The translations under genes were made by a program, and so were the position numbers. Shown here piece by piece: positions 20,721 to 31,726 of a stretch of 64,000 nucleotides of DNA. Numbering within the stretch: position 1 is the stretch's first letter; each line of letters starts with the position of its first letter. The notes under the pieces are model-generated. The model worked only from the letters and a program-made list of their open reading frames with translations. It was not told the DNA's origin and did no database searches. The DNA is from a virus (taxonomy: Duplodnaviria; Caudoviricetes): the IMG/VR virus record IMGVR_UViG_3300010163_000002, positions 96,001 through 160,000 of that record. One strand, 5' to 3'.

Positions 20721-21836
20721 TTAGATATCTCCTTCTAATAATTTAATTAATTCGTCTGTTGATATAAAATCATAACCTTCGTTTTGATTTATATACATAA
20801 CAAATTTATCATAATCAGATATTCCATTATCCAAAATATAAGAATATTGTGTATTCTGCTCTAAAATGGTTTGGTCTATCTGTTGCATTTGCTTATCCTT
20901 TTTATCAAGTTCTTGTAACTTAACACTACTAGAGTTTCTAAAGTAATTCCTTACTATAGACATATTCTCTCCAGCATTATTGAATTGCACCCTGATGAAA
21001 TCGATATGCTGTTCTTCTTTAATCATCTTTATATATTCTATAATCTCTCTAGGATCAGAATTAATAAGATGGTTTATATTGATAGTATTGTAAATGTAAC
21101 TATCAATAGGAATTAGTTCAGTATAATGCATTCTTGTTGTTGGATTAAATGCAGTGATTAAGAATCCTTTATCCTGCTCTTCTCCAAATCTGAATCTTAA
21201 TGGGCTACCGTTATAATATGCATATTGCTCATAACATCCTGCAATATGATAATGCCCCATTAGTATTGGGCCTCTGCAATTGCAGAAATTGTTTAATGAA
21301 AATATTGGAGCGTGATTGTTGTTTAAAGTGGCAATTTCTGAACCTTTATAAGATCCTCTAAATGTACCGTGCAGTAAGCATAGATCATATGCTCCAGATT
21401 CAAATAAAAAGCGATTGTATTCTGTCTCTGGTATACCGTATCGTTCCGGTATACATAATATATTCAATCCTTTTATATTTTCAAATTGTATTTGTTCTAC
21501 GATCCTTACGTCTACGTAGGGATTTTGCATATAATGATAGAACAATGATAATTGTCCGCTATCATGGCTTTGAGTACCGTCTATAATAACTAGCGTTGCT
21601 TGTTTGGCAGCGCATAAGTTTACTATATCATCTACTAAATGTAAAGTGTGCGATATTATAGGATTATTGCTCATATATCTAGAATCAAATATATCTCCGC
21701 ATATTGCTAATATATCGAAGTTTATATTTATCAATCTATCTATAAATTGTCTTCTTAATTCGGTATACATATATAGGGGGTCTAACACCCCCATATGTAT
21801 ATCCGCTATAGATACTACAGTAAATGATTCTTTCAT
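20721..21836 (-). CDS. sbcD: SbcD/Mre11-like metallophosphoesterase nuclease
   Basis: 'IADIH', 'GDIFD', 'GTQSHD', 'LLHG', 'GHYH', 'YNGS'. Confidence 0.88.
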   Translation of the reverse strand: MKESFTVVSIADIHMGVLDPLYMYTELRRQFIDRLININFDILAICGDIFDSRYMSNNPIISHTLHLVDDIVNLCAAKQATLVIIDGTQSHDSGQLSLFYHYMQNPYVDVRIVEQIQFENIKGLNILCIPERYGIPETEYNRFLFESGAYDLCLLHGTFRGSYKGSEIATLNNNHAPIFSLNNFCNCRGPILMGHYHIAGCYEQYAYYNGSPLRFRFGEEQDKGFLITAFNPTTRMHYTELIPIDSYIYNTININHLINSDPREIIEYIKMIKEEQHIDFIRVQFNNAGENMSIVRNYFRNSSSVKLQELDKKDKQMQQIDQTILEQNTQYSYILDNGISDYDKFVMYINQNEGYDFISTDELIKLLEGDI

Positions 21837-21839
21837 TGT

Positions 21840-22511
21840 TTAAACCTCATATATCTTTTTTCTTGTAGTTGTAATAGCATAATCAAATAAAGAGCATACC
21901 AAATCCCCGACTTCATCCTCGGTTTTATTATCAGTACGTATCAATGTATTTGTAGGTCTATTTGGATACCATATATTCGACTCAAATGCTTCGCATATCG
22001 TTGAATAAAAATTATAAGTTTCAACATCGTATTTATTTTTCTCATGATCATCGTTTTTCACCCTCTTTATACATGTGCTAGGAGCACATGTTAATACAGC
22101 CTCATAAGCTTTATTTTGAAAATCTTTAATTTGTTCAGTTATGTATTCTATTAATGATTTTGTCAATGTTGCATCTGATCCCCCAACCACGTATTGATAT
22201 ATCATCATTGATGTAATGAATCTATCTAATATTACTACTTTACCCTGATTAAGGGCTGGTATAATATTATTATGTATCATAAGATTTTTACATGAAGAGA
22301 ATAATAATAACTCTGTATTTACATCCATTGTACTATACAGAATGATATTTCTTATTTTTTCTGCTATATGATCTGTCCCTGGGTCTCTTATATATTGAAC
22401 TCCATACCCATCATTATTTAGATAATTTACTAACTTTTTTGCCGCTGTGGTTTTACCTACACCATCAGGCCCCTCAATAATAAAAAGCATTCCTCCGTCA
22501 ATTAATTTCAT
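21840..22511 (-). CDS. tmk: Thymidylate (dTMP/dUMP) kinase
   Basis: P-loop 'IEGPDGVGKTT', 'RDPG', 'ILDRF..S...YQ'. Confidence 0.9.
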   Translation of the reverse strand: MKLIDGGMLFIIEGPDGVGKTTAAKKLVNYLNNDGYGVQYIRDPGTDHIAEKIRNIILYSTMDVNTELLLFSSCKNLMIHNNIIPALNQGKVVILDRFITSMMIYQYVVGGSDATLTKSLIEYITEQIKDFQNKAYEAVLTCAPSTCIKRVKNDDHEKNKYDVETYNFYSTICEAFESNIWYPNRPTNTLIRTDNKTEDEVGDLVCSLFDYAITTTRKKIYEV

Positions 22512-22568
22512 ATTAATTTCCTCCTTTGGTTTATTACTTTTATAATATATGATTAAATTATATTATAC

Positions 22569-22592
22569 CCCGAGAGGTTAATTCCTCTCGGG
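22569..22592. terminator. Hairpin terminator
   Basis: CCCGAGAGG-ttaatt-CCTCTCGGG. Confidence 0.75.
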
Positions 22593-22598
22593 ATTATT

Positions 22599-23102
22599 TT
22601 AAAATCTTTTGTTTTTATAGTAGTATTCGACCAGCTCTGCAACTCCGCTCATTAGACATGATGTAATGAATAGGAATTTTTCCTGGTCGTATATATCCTT
22701 AAATTTATATTCCCCGTCTACAAATGATATATATTCTTTTTCTGATTTAATATGTTGGCCTTTGCGATCAATTTCAATGTTAATTTTTCTTTCATCTTTC
22801 AACATAACAAATCCTATGGCAAATTTATCAGTATCTTTGTAGAATATACTGCATGCATTAAGTTTTGTATAATTTTTGGGCATAGTGCCAAGAAATAGAT
22901 GAAATTGATCATTATTACCATACAGATATGACTCTCTGAGAATATCAATAAATTCTGCTATAGAACACATCTGATTGAATGTCGGGCTAAGAGTTCTGCA
23001 CTTTTTCATTACTTTTCTATATTCTATCCAAGCTTTAAAATCATGCTTTCTTTTCTTTATAATTATAGGCATGGCAAATTCATTTATTATATTTTTATTC
23101 AT
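22599..23102 (-). CDS. Hypothetical protein
   Basis: 167-aa ORF, AGGAGG RBS. Confidence 0.7.
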   Translation of the reverse strand: MNKNIINEFAMPIIIKKRKHDFKAWIEYRKVMKKCRTLSPTFNQMCSIAEFIDILRESYLYGNNDQFHLFLGTMPKNYTKLNACSIFYKDTDKFAIGFVMLKDERKINIEIDRKGQHIKSEKEYISFVDGEYKFKDIYDQEKFLFITSCLMSGVAELVEYYYKNKRF

Positions 23103-23117
23103 CAGTGAATCACCTCC

Positions 23118-23570
23118 TTACGTCATACTTATGTAATTGACATCTGGATCATTGGCCATTTTAATAATGGATGTGAAAAAACTTATTTTAATTAATTCAG
23201 TTATGCATTCCCATTCAACTGAATTAACGCGAGCTACATTTGTATTTTTTAATACGGTATATGATTTATATGGTTTAGAAATCTCAAATTTATTATGCCT
23301 TATTACATAGTAAACATTCGTAGAATTATTTAGTTTGAATCTTATGTAATAGTCATTACATTCTGTTATTGATGAATCTAGGTTTTGGTAGCCTTTGGTT
23401 ACAAATATGAAATTAGACGCCATATCAAATACATCTAAATCATAGAACAATTTCTTGCATTGCCTAAACTTTATTATAGATTTGCGCTTTTTGATAAATC
23501 TCCATATAGGAGTATTATTCATAATAACAGCAGATCTATATAGATTAAGCATCGTCTCTATTGTATTCAT
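23118..23570 (-). CDS. Hypothetical protein
   Basis: 150-aa ORF in operon. Confidence 0.65.
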   Translation of the reverse strand: MNTIETMLNLYRSAVIMNNTPIWRFIKKRKSIIKFRQCKKLFYDLDVFDMASNFIFVTKGYQNLDSSITECNDYYIRFKLNNSTNVYYVIRHNKFEISKPYKSYTVLKNTNVARVNSVEWECITELIKISFFTSIIKMANDPDVNYISMT

Positions 23571-24294
23571 CTAATTTCCTCCATGTTATAGATTTAAATT
23601 CATTTTCTATTTTAGAAATATTATAGTACGAAAAAACTAGAGATAAAAATGCCATCTCACAATCATTTATAAACACCAAATGATCTGGTATATTGAAATT
23701 TAATACGTATTCATTGTACGATATTGCTGATTTAGATAACTGAAGCACTATACAACCATCGACCTCAATTCCTAATACTACTCTAAGCATATATCTATAT
23801 GCTGCAAGCTGCAAAAAATAATTAAATGTAATATGATTACTTGTTTTATAGTCCACCAGATATATTTTACCATTTATACGATAGAGGCCGTCTAATGTTC
23901 CGCCGAAGTACTTACATATCAAAGTCTTTTCATGGAAAATTACCTCAACAGCGTTACCAATTTTCAAAGTATTGAACCATTTTACAAATGAATTAAATGC
24001 AAATTGAGATTCTACTGGTAATGAGCCATTTATTTTATGGCTATCATCTTCAATATACATATCTATATTATTATGACAATGAGATCCTATATTTGCTGAT
24101 GCATTTAATGTTCTTTTGTATGACATATGTTTGAAACCAAGAGAATTGGCCCAGTACATTAAAGAATCTGAATGAATACATCTTTGTATTATTTTTGTGA
24201 CTCTTGGTACCTTAATACCATTATATTCATAATCAGAATCAGTAGTATGTATTGGTTCTATAGTATCTAGCATTGCTATCATTTTATTATTCAT
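23545..24294 (-). CDS. PD-(D/E)XK exonuclease (Cas4/lambda-exo-like phage nuclease)
   Basis: 'VPRVTKII', 'GSHCH', 'GGTLDG...LVDYKTS', 'QLAAY'. Confidence 0.85.
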   Translation of the reverse strand: MNNKMIAMLDTIEPIHTTDSDYEYNGIKVPRVTKIIQRCIHSDSLMYWANSLGFKHMSYKRTLNASANIGSHCHNNIDMYIEDDSHKINGSLPVESQFAFNSFVKWFNTLKIGNAVEVIFHEKTLICKYFGGTLDGLYRINGKIYLVDYKTSNHITFNYFLQLAAYRYMLRVVLGIEVDGCIVLQLSKSAISYNEYVLNFNIPDHLVFINDCEMAFLSLVFSYYNISKIENEFKSITWRKLDEYNRDDA

Positions 24295-24845
24295 TTATTA
24301 TCACTAACCTTTTCTTTTATTTCTCTCTCGTACTCTTCGAATCCTTCCTTGCCAATAGCATCTAAGTTTGTGTACGGAACGAACCAAATGTTTAAGATAA
24401 TCTTTTTAAGGTTATCATTTAGTAGTTTGTCATTTAATGGGTTGTTGCACATATCCACTATTTCATTTAATTTTGCATCAAAATCGTCAGGAAACATCGC
24501 GCTGCATGTCAATAATGATAAAAGTATGTGTTTAACTATCTTTTTTACGAAATCCGTATTTTCGTTGGTGTAAACATACAAAGCCCCGGCAATGACTTGG
24601 CAGCATTCTACAATGTGACGAGACTCAAATATCATTAATGTCATATCTTTAATGGATGGTTTATCCATATATTTATTTAAAACATCGTCGATATTGTGCG
24701 ATAATAATAAATACATTCCGGCAACGGCGTTCATGCTAATACCAAAATCCATTGTATGTACAGGGCAACCGCATTTAATTTGATTCATAAACTCATTATA
24801 ACTCATCTGATTATTATTCATACCCAAAACCTCCGTTATAATCAT
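24291..24845 (-). CDS. Hypothetical protein
   Basis: ORF translationally coupled to the nuclease gene. Confidence 0.65.
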   Translation of the reverse strand: MIITEVLGMNNNQMSYNEFMNQIKCGCPVHTMDFGISMNAVAGMYLLLSHNIDDVLNKYMDKPSIKDMTLMIFESRHIVECCQVIAGALYVYTNENTDFVKKIVKHILLSLLTCSAMFPDDFDAKLNEIVDMCNNPLNDKLLNDNLKKIILNIWFVPYTNLDAIGKEGFEEYEREIKEKVSDNK

Positions 24846-24897
24846 TTTTATTAAATGTCGTACTTAAGATAGATTCCTAATATTAGCGTATCCCTGA

Positions 24898-24910
24898 AAC
24901 ATGATAATAA
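24898..24910 (+). promoter_or_regulatory. ACA-N6-TAA phage promoter motif
   Basis: AACA-tgataa-TAA upstream of the structural operon. Confidence 0.6.
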
Positions 24911-24925
24911 AATCAATAAGGAGGT

Positions 24926-25873
24926 GTGTTTACAATGGCTAAAACATATTCCCAAACGTACTTATTTCGTCAGTATAATGAATATGAAAAGAAAATATAT
25001 GAATTCATTGTGAACTCTGAACGAATTTATACAAAGAGCGCAGAATTTGATGATATACTTTATGATATTAAACGCAGAAGAATTAGTGATCATCTTGCAA
25101 AGATTGTTACATCTGAAAATGTGGTACTTGGTTCTTATCCTGGCAAGAGTTTACCTAAGGCGTTTAAAGTATTTGTTGCAGCAGATGTTAAAGACAGTAA
25201 TAAAGTTAAAGCATTCATTGATGTAAGCGATTGTGTCGTGTATAAGAATGGAGTCTATGTATGTAATAAACTTGATTGGTTAATCAGTTATATTATTAAT
25301 GCAATGACAACGTTTATTTATGTTAAAGCTGAGAATAAGTTGCTAGGCAATGCATCTATCTTAAAGGATGGTTGCGATGCATGGACTAGATGTTTTTCTT
25401 ATATCGTAGATAGAATGTATAAGATTACAACTGTTCCACAGATTAAACGTAGAGTAGATTACTTGTCAGCAATTTATTATCAGGTAAATATAATGTGCAA
25501 AGATTTTGAACATTATGAAGATTCCATCAAGGCTAATGCAATTAGAACATCGGGCATTGACGCAAGAGATGCTAGAGTTGTTGACATTTCTATTGAAGAT
25601 CATGATTTCGATAATATTAATACATTTGTAAATGCATTAGGCAGAATTATGCAGTTTAAGGATATCAAAACAGGTAATATTGTTTCATATTGGATGAATG
25701 CATTTGGACCTGGAACGGTATTCGCTCTTGAATATTTCCCAGCATTTTCTGCTATGATGACTAATACATATGTAGGTGCTTACTTAGATCAGCAGATGAC
25801 AATTGAAAAGGTTGCAGGACAGTCAATGGTTATGTTTACGAAGACTATACTTCAGATAGGAGCGAGCGTGTAA
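24926..25873 (+). CDS. Putative virion structural protein
   Basis: AACA-N6-TAA promoter motif, AAGGAGG RBS (likely start MAKTYS), coupled to the 1494-aa gene. Confidence 0.55.
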   Translation: MFTMAKTYSQTYLFRQYNEYEKKIYEFIVNSERIYTKSAEFDDILYDIKRRRISDHLAKIVTSENVVLGSYPGKSLPKAFKVFVAADVKDSNKVKAFIDVSDCVVYKNGVYVCNKLDWLISYIINAMTTFIYVKAENKLLGNASILKDGCDAWTRCFSYIVDRMYKITTVPQIKRRVDYLSAIYYQVNIMCKDFEHYEDSIKANAIRTSGIDARDARVVDISIEDHDFDNINTFVNALGRIMQFKDIKTGNIVSYWMNAFGPGTVFALEYFPAFSAMMTNTYVGAYLDQQMTIEKVAGQSMVMFTKTILQIGASV

Positions 25874-25874
25874 T

Positions 25875-28800
25875 ATGAAAGATTTGAGCAAAGAAATTGT
25901 GAAAAAGCTCAAAAGTAGCACGTTTAACTCCATATATTTAAACACATTGGCTAAGTTACCTATCGTTGTTACTGAAGAAGGAGCTTTTATCAAAAATGTA
26001 AGTATATCTGGAGGATTAATTACTGAAGTAGATGAAGATACGCATTTGGATCTTCCGGAAAATATAGAACAATGGAGTCATAAGCTTCTCAATGCAGGAT
26101 ACGATCCGGATTCTATAAAGCTGTTGAAAACAACTGTAGAACAACGATTGACTAAGAAATGCAAATTAACAAGTGTCAAAAAGTTCCATTACGATGACGC
26201 TTGGTATTCTTATAGATTTTCATCAGATTATCCAGAAGAAACATTTGGTATTCTTAGATTAGATAACATGCCATTTAGATCTTTTGATAAATTAGAGAAT
26301 AAAAAATCTTTTATTTGTCGTATGGATCAGCTTATGTTTAACGGTCTAATGGAACCATTTATGTTGTTCGTAAACAGAAAATTTGTAAACTGGAATGCAA
26401 TTGATGTGGTATTCGATTGTGATGATGTTTATCTATTATTGCATGGGAAGCAATATAATAACTATAATCTTGATCATTCTGAATTTCATATGGTGATTCT
26501 GCCGTTTAAATGTGAATTTTTGGGATATGAAGACGACGATCTTTGGGATAGGAATCTAGAAGTGTTCACTATGTTTATGCAAGATAGTTTAATTGTAAAT
26601 GATGCTGGTAAAATTCAAATCAAAGTTCCTACAATGTATTCTATCTATAAGTATAAAGGTATGATATATAATGTAGGGGCATGGATGTATAACCAGCATA
26701 GAAAGATTTACATGGGATTACTGTCTGAATCCAGGATTGCCAAACTTAAAAAAATTATTCTTAATAAATACACATATGATGAATCTGGAAATATTATCAA
26801 TATATTCAGTACAAAGTTTAATGCTCTTGATAGAGATAGCTATAATAAGGAAATGTACGATTCCATTTGCCATTGTTCAAAGGAATACCTTGAAGAAAAT
26901 GCTTTATTTAGGTTTAATTCAGATGGTGTTCTTGATATGGAAAATGGCGAAAATATATTAGCTATATTAGACGAGAGCATGACAACTAAAACTGAGTATA
27001 TTGACGGATTTAATGCTGTGCTTGATGAATCATCTATTCGTGAAGCATTATATAGAGAGAACTTCCTTACGTTTAAAGATGGATTATTTAATCCTGAAAC
27101 TAATATAGAAATACATCATAAGAATATAATTACTGTAGATGGTGCTGGGTCGCAGCAAGTTGTTGTTAAGATTTTCATACCTGACGATTTAGAAAAATAT
27201 GTTTGTATTGATGATCCATTTGTACATGAATACATTTCTAAAAGAATGATGGCATACGTAATTGCAAAAAGAGACGGTACAAGACTTTCTGCAATTCTTA
27301 AGAATGGTGATATTATAACAAATATAGATGTCGATAATCTTAAATCTGATGATATGAGAGAAATATTTGCAATCTGCACAGATGGCAAAATATTAAGAAG
27401 CACTGATGATGATGTATTTATAGATATATCTGAAGAATATATACATATGCTTACAAGTTGTGGTGAATGTTTAAATTATTCATATTTTGATAAATTATTA
27501 TATCAGGATAACTACAACCATGCATTCAATAAAACAATGAATTTTAATCCGCTGCTATTTAATGATTTAACAAAAACTACAATAAAATCTACTGTAGTAA
27601 GTGGCAAGACAGCTAATGAATCATTATATTTTGTAGTGGGTAATGAGAATCGTAAAGGACTTAAAATACCAAGATATAGATATAAAGACCATGAGACTTA
27701 TGTTATGGTTTTCCATAATGGCGAGCTAATCGAGACATATAGTAATATGTACGTGGCTCCTAATTATTTCTTTTTACCAGTTGAGAAGGAATTTAATCCT
27801 GGAGATACAATAGAATTTTTATTCTTTACATATTGCGATAATAATGAAATACACTTTACAATGACTGATAATATGATAAGTAAGCTCAAATCAACTCCAG
27901 ACCCTGTATTTCTTAGATCTGATTTACTAGAAGAGTATATTAGATTAGAGGATATGAAGATATTTGCAAAATATCCTGAGGAGATTATGTTTTATAAAGA
28001 GCTTATAGAAGAACGCGACGATATAGCATTTAACGTATCATATAGAGACTCAAAAAATAATTTATTAATATTCAAAGAGGTTGTGATCCCACCATCTAAT
28101 TCTCAAAGTTTATCTAATGAAAAACTTGACGAAGTTGTGGGGGTTGCTCCATTTGATCAAAAGGTTCCAAAGTTAGCAATACATGAGGAGCAATCTGGTA
28201 AAGTTACGCGTGCTGAACTTGAAACATATAATAGAATCATTGAAAATATAGATACAGAAAAAGAAATTAATGCAACTCTTCCTAGAGTTAATCAATTTAC
28301 CGCTGTATCGTCAAAGAAATTCATATACCAAAGAATATATGTGGATCAAAAAGCATATAGACTTAAACTTGATGAAAGATTTAGATACTGCGATAATCAG
28401 AAGCAATATCTATTTTTTATTAATGGTAGAAGAGCTGACGATGATTCATTTCTTATAACTATACCGAAATATAGTAGACCATTTTGGGGAATGTATTTAT
28501 ATACCGTAACATTTGTTAAGCCTACAGACAGAATAGAAGTATTCTATGTTCCCGAGGAATTGGTTAATATTAACACGGAAGAAACTCCTGTAAATATGTA
28601 TGAGAATGGTTATATAGAAACAGAAAAAACTCAACTTGAAGTTCCGTATGTGAGTGATTTTTATTTATTCTTCTTGAATGGTAAAAAGATACCGTCTACC
28701 GACCTTATTACAGTTGACACTCATACATTTAGATTGAAATCTGATCCTAGAACATTTCTTAGATTAAGAGTCAATCCAATATATACATCTACAGATTCAA

Positions 28801-30359
28801 GAATTACTGATTACATGAAGGCTGAGAAGCTTTCTAAATACGATGAATTAATTAAATATATAAAAGACAGCGACAATCTTGGATATGATGAGCTTGATAG
28901 ATTATTCGGAGTTTTTATTAAATTATCAGATAGTGAAAACGATAAGCTTAGATGGAATGTTGCTCGTATAGCAATTATAAATGAAATAGTAAGAGACTTC
29001 TGGGTTACAAGTGGTTATCAATATAATGAAAATCCATTTGTATATGACTATGCTCTTGATGAATATATTATCAAGGATAAGAATGGTAATTACATTTTAC
29101 CTGCACTTGATGCTACTCCTGTAATTAATATATTAAAAAATTATATCAGACTGTTATACTTCCGTACAGAACCTGAAAGCACATCATTCGAAATAGGTAG
29201 TTCTGTATCAAATATAAAATTCTTTTGGGATTTCTCATACCCTATAGGCCAAGCAACTATTCAGCTTGTTAGTCAGTATGTAAATGATAAAGAGATGAAT
29301 ATTAATGCTAGAACCTATAATACCGGTAGCGATGAAATTTCTGAGAATACATCATACCATTTTGTATTTAATACAATGCAAAATACTATTGAAAGAACAG
29401 TTGATATTAAATTCTGTAATGGTATCTATTATGGTACGGTTGATGAAGATATATTACAGCATTATAATACTCAAAGAGTTAAGTTTAATCTTGATGAACT
29501 TATAGCTGTTATTCCTAAAGATAAAATAATACCATCATCAGCAGAGCAGGCTGCTGAAAACGAGAAACTAAGTATTGTACTTAGAGAAAATGATATTATA
29601 AGAAATATCAGTACTCTAGAAGAACTTCTTAATCATAAACCTGATAAATTCGAATGGCCGCCGTGGTTAGTAAATGTAGACGATGAAGAATTATTTGCCA
29701 TCTGTACGGATGGTAGAATTCTTAGAAATTTACGTGTTGATCTTGAAAGTGGTACTGGCGAAGGTGAAGTTGTAGATGAAGCAGGGCTTGCTAAAATACT
29801 ACTTGGTCTTAATGTGGTATATCAAGATGAGGTTGGATTGGATTTCAATACTTATAAGATAGGAAGTAATAACTATTTTGTTTATGCTTGCCCGTCAAGA
29901 TTAGCGTTTGATAGCAAGACTGGAAAATCGGCAATAAAATTCATTATGCCTGATTTGAATGATCCCGATCTTATAGCATATGGTAAGGATGATCATACTA
30001 CACCTGTATATACGGATGGCACATTCGATGATCAGAACTTGCTTGTAAAATTGGAATATTGCAAGATGATTTACCTTGGCGAAATCAATTTTACCAATAG
30101 ATCGGGCTATACAGAACCATATATGATTTGGAGATCTAATGGTTTCTTTACAAGAAAATATGATGACTATAATTTTAAGATGCAAATCTTAAGCGTGAAA
30201 GATTTTGAAAAAACTGATTCTGACAATATTGTCATTGATGAAGATAAACCTAAAGCTGTTGCTAAGAAGACCGGTACCATTAGGTTGGTTAATACATCTT
30301 CCCCTAAACCTACAGATATAAATGATAATATTGTAATGATTGATACTCTTCTTTTCTAA
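25875..30359 (+). CDS. Large putative virion (tail/baseplate) protein, 1494 aa
   Basis: Repeated 'xFxNGxx' beta modules, internal repeat E[IL]FAICTDG[KR]ILR, C-terminal 'NYFVYACP' module. Confidence 0.6.
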   Translation: MKDLSKEIVKKLKSSTFNSIYLNTLAKLPIVVTEEGAFIKNVSISGGLITEVDEDTHLDLPENIEQWSHKLLNAGYDPDSIKLLKTTVEQRLTKKCKLTSVKKFHYDDAWYSYRFSSDYPEETFGILRLDNMPFRSFDKLENKKSFICRMDQLMFNGLMEPFMLFVNRKFVNWNAIDVVFDCDDVYLLLHGKQYNNYNLDHSEFHMVILPFKCEFLGYEDDDLWDRNLEVFTMFMQDSLIVNDAGKIQIKVPTMYSIYKYKGMIYNVGAWMYNQHRKIYMGLLSESRIAKLKKIILNKYTYDESGNIINIFSTKFNALDRDSYNKEMYDSICHCSKEYLEENALFRFNSDGVLDMENGENILAILDESMTTKTEYIDGFNAVLDESSIREALYRENFLTFKDGLFNPETNIEIHHKNIITVDGAGSQQVVVKIFIPDDLEKYVCIDDPFVHEYISKRMMAYVIAKRDGTRLSAILKNGDIITNIDVDNLKSDDMREIFAICTDGKILRSTDDDVFIDISEEYIHMLTSCGECLNYSYFDKLLYQDNYNHAFNKTMNFNPLLFNDLTKTTIKSTVVSGKTANESLYFVVGNENRKGLKIPRYRYKDHETYVMVFHNGELIETYSNMYVAPNYFFLPVEKEFNPGDTIEFLFFTYCDNNEIHFTMTDNMISKLKSTPDPVFLRSDLLEEYIRLEDMKIFAKYPEEIMFYKELIEERDDIAFNVSYRDSKNNLLIFKEVVIPPSNSQSLSNEKLDEVVGVAPFDQKVPKLAIHEEQSGKVTRAELETYNRIIENIDTEKEINATLPRVNQFTAVSSKKFIYQRIYVDQKAYRLKLDERFRYCDNQKQYLFFINGRRADDDSFLITIPKYSRPFWGMYLYTVTFVKPTDRIEVFYVPEELVNINTEETPVNMYENGYIETEKTQLEVPYVSDFYLFFLNGKKIPSTDLITVDTHTFRLKSDPRTFLRLRVNPIYTSTDSRITDYMKAEKLSKYDELIKYIKDSDNLGYDELDRLFGVFIKLSDSENDKLRWNVARIAIINEIVRDFWVTSGYQYNENPFVYDYALDEYIIKDKNGNYILPALDATPVINILKNYIRLLYFRTEPESTSFEIGSSVSNIKFFWDFSYPIGQATIQLVSQYVNDKEMNINARTYNTGSDEISENTSYHFVFNTMQNTIERTVDIKFCNGIYYGTVDEDILQHYNTQRVKFNLDELIAVIPKDKIIPSSAEQAAENEKLSIVLRENDIIRNISTLEELLNHKPDKFEWPPWLVNVDDEELFAICTDGRILRNLRVDLESGTGEGEVVDEAGLAKILLGLNVVYQDEVGLDFNTYKIGSNNYFVYACPSRLAFDSKTGKSAIKFIMPDLNDPDLIAYGKDDHTTPVYTDGTFDDQNLLVKLEYCKMIYLGEINFTNRSGYTEPYMIWRSNGFFTRKYDDYNFKMQILSVKDFEKTDSDNIVIDEDKPKAVAKKTGTIRLVNTSSPKPTDINDNIVMIDTLLF

Positions 30360-30373
30360 AAAATAAAAAGAAC

Positions 30374-30399
30374 AACCAGAGGGATTACTCCCTCTGGTT
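30374..30399. terminator. Bidirectional hairpin terminator
   Basis: AACCAGAGGGA-ttac-TCCCTCTGGTT. Confidence 0.8.
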
Positions 30400-31086
30400 T
30401 AATCTTGATATTTTTTCAGCGTTAATATCTAATATTCTGTCTATTGTACTCTGGCTTGTATAAACCATTTGCATAGCAGGATATAAATCATCATTATACA
30501 TTGGCGGAAGCTGCTTCACCCATTCTAATAAATTTATATATTTAGTTTTACTGTCAGCATATAACTCTATATGCTGCTTATCTGTTAATTTAAAACCAGT
30601 ATTCTGAAAATCTGGCTCAATAAGCGATAAATTTTCACGGATTACAAATATTCCACATTCAGCTTCTTCTTCATATATTAACCATTCTGTTGGTAGTGGA
30701 TTTCTATCTAATATACTTTTATCATAGCTGATTAAAAAGTATATATAACCTGGCGCATAGTAGTATAAATTGTCCTCAATATCATACTCTACATGACCTT
30801 CACAGCAATATACTGTAAAATATCCCTTCTTATTAAGTATTTCTATTGCTTCAGCTATGTTATAATCTATTACTATCATTTTAGTATGCGAACTGCATTC
30901 TTCGCATTGCATATAGTACTCAACATTGGTATCAATATTTTTGTTTGATATAGTTATGCAGTTATTAATATCTGCATAGTGCATTTTAAGACACTTGGGA
31001 CACATAAGTCCAATTTTTCCTTTTTCTTTTGTTCTTAAGCTTTTATTATTTTTAAGTACTCTAATATCTCTAGTTATTTTATCCAT
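30385..31086 (-). CDS. Hypothetical protein with Zn-finger and 'LNKKGYxTxxCCEGH' motif
   Basis: CPKC...CEEC; motif reminiscent of TYW3-like fold phage proteins. Confidence 0.6.
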   Translation of the reverse strand: MDKITRDIRVLKNNKSLRTKEKGKIGLMCPKCLKMHYADINNCITISNKNIDTNVEYYMQCEECSSHTKMIVIDYNIAEAIEILNKKGYFTVYCCEGHVEYDIEDNLYYYAPGYIYFLISYDKSILDRNPLPTEWLIYEEEAECGIFVIRENLSLIEPDFQNTGFKLTDKQHIELYADSKTKYINLLEWVKQLPPMYNDDLYPAMQMVYTSQSTIDRILDINAEKISRLNQRE

Positions 31087-31091
31087 TATTT

Positions 31092-31706
31092 TTATCCCCT
31101 TTCTAATGCTACTATATTAAATCTGTATATTTTGGTGAGCATTTGATTATGTTGCGAGCTAAACAATATTCTTAATTGATATATAACCATATTATTACCT
31201 ATTCTTATATCATTTATGCCATAATAATCAACATGTTGAGATATATAATATTTTTTATAAAATAGCGCAAATTTACCAGAGAAATTTTGTAAATATAGCA
31301 ATGCTTTCATTCTGGTATCAAATATTTTTAGCGATTTGCTTTTACTTTCAATCACATCTATTCCATCCATTAGCATAATATCTACAACTACTTGGAAACA
31401 ATAGCATTTCGCTTTTTGTCCAATAACATGCCTTGGTATAATATACTCGTCATAGTTATATTTTATTATGATATTATAACTATTTTTCCAAGCTTCTTTT
31501 TTGATTACCGCATCAATAGGTTCTGATTTAAAGTTATGAGTGGATGCTATTTTACCTTCCATTTTGTCTGAAAACATCATGCCATCCAATGCAGATAACA
31601 TACTTTTAGTTATTAGTACATCCATAAAATCATCTACTTTAAGTACAAATCGTGCCATATAACCAAGCGGCGGCAATACATTGCACGCTTCTACTCTGTA
31701 TTTCAT
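31092..31706 (-). CDS. Hypothetical protein (paralog array A)
   Basis: ORF with GGAGG RBS. Confidence 0.65.
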   Translation of the reverse strand: MKYRVEACNVLPPLGYMARFVLKVDDFMDVLITKSMLSALDGMMFSDKMEGKIASTHNFKSEPIDAVIKKEAWKNSYNIIIKYNYDEYIIPRHVIGQKAKCYCFQVVVDIMLMDGIDVIESKSKSLKIFDTRMKALLYLQNFSGKFALFYKKYYISQHVDYYGINDIRIGNNMVIYQLRILFSSQHNQMLTKIYRFNIVALERG

Positions 31707-31726
31707 GATACTTATCCTCCGTCTAA

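Noticed and set aside
23545-24294. Cas4 as part of a CRISPR-Cas system
   Set aside because: No cas1/cas2 or array nearby and no Cas4 Fe-S cysteine set; better read as a stand-alone phage PD-(D/E)XK nuclease.
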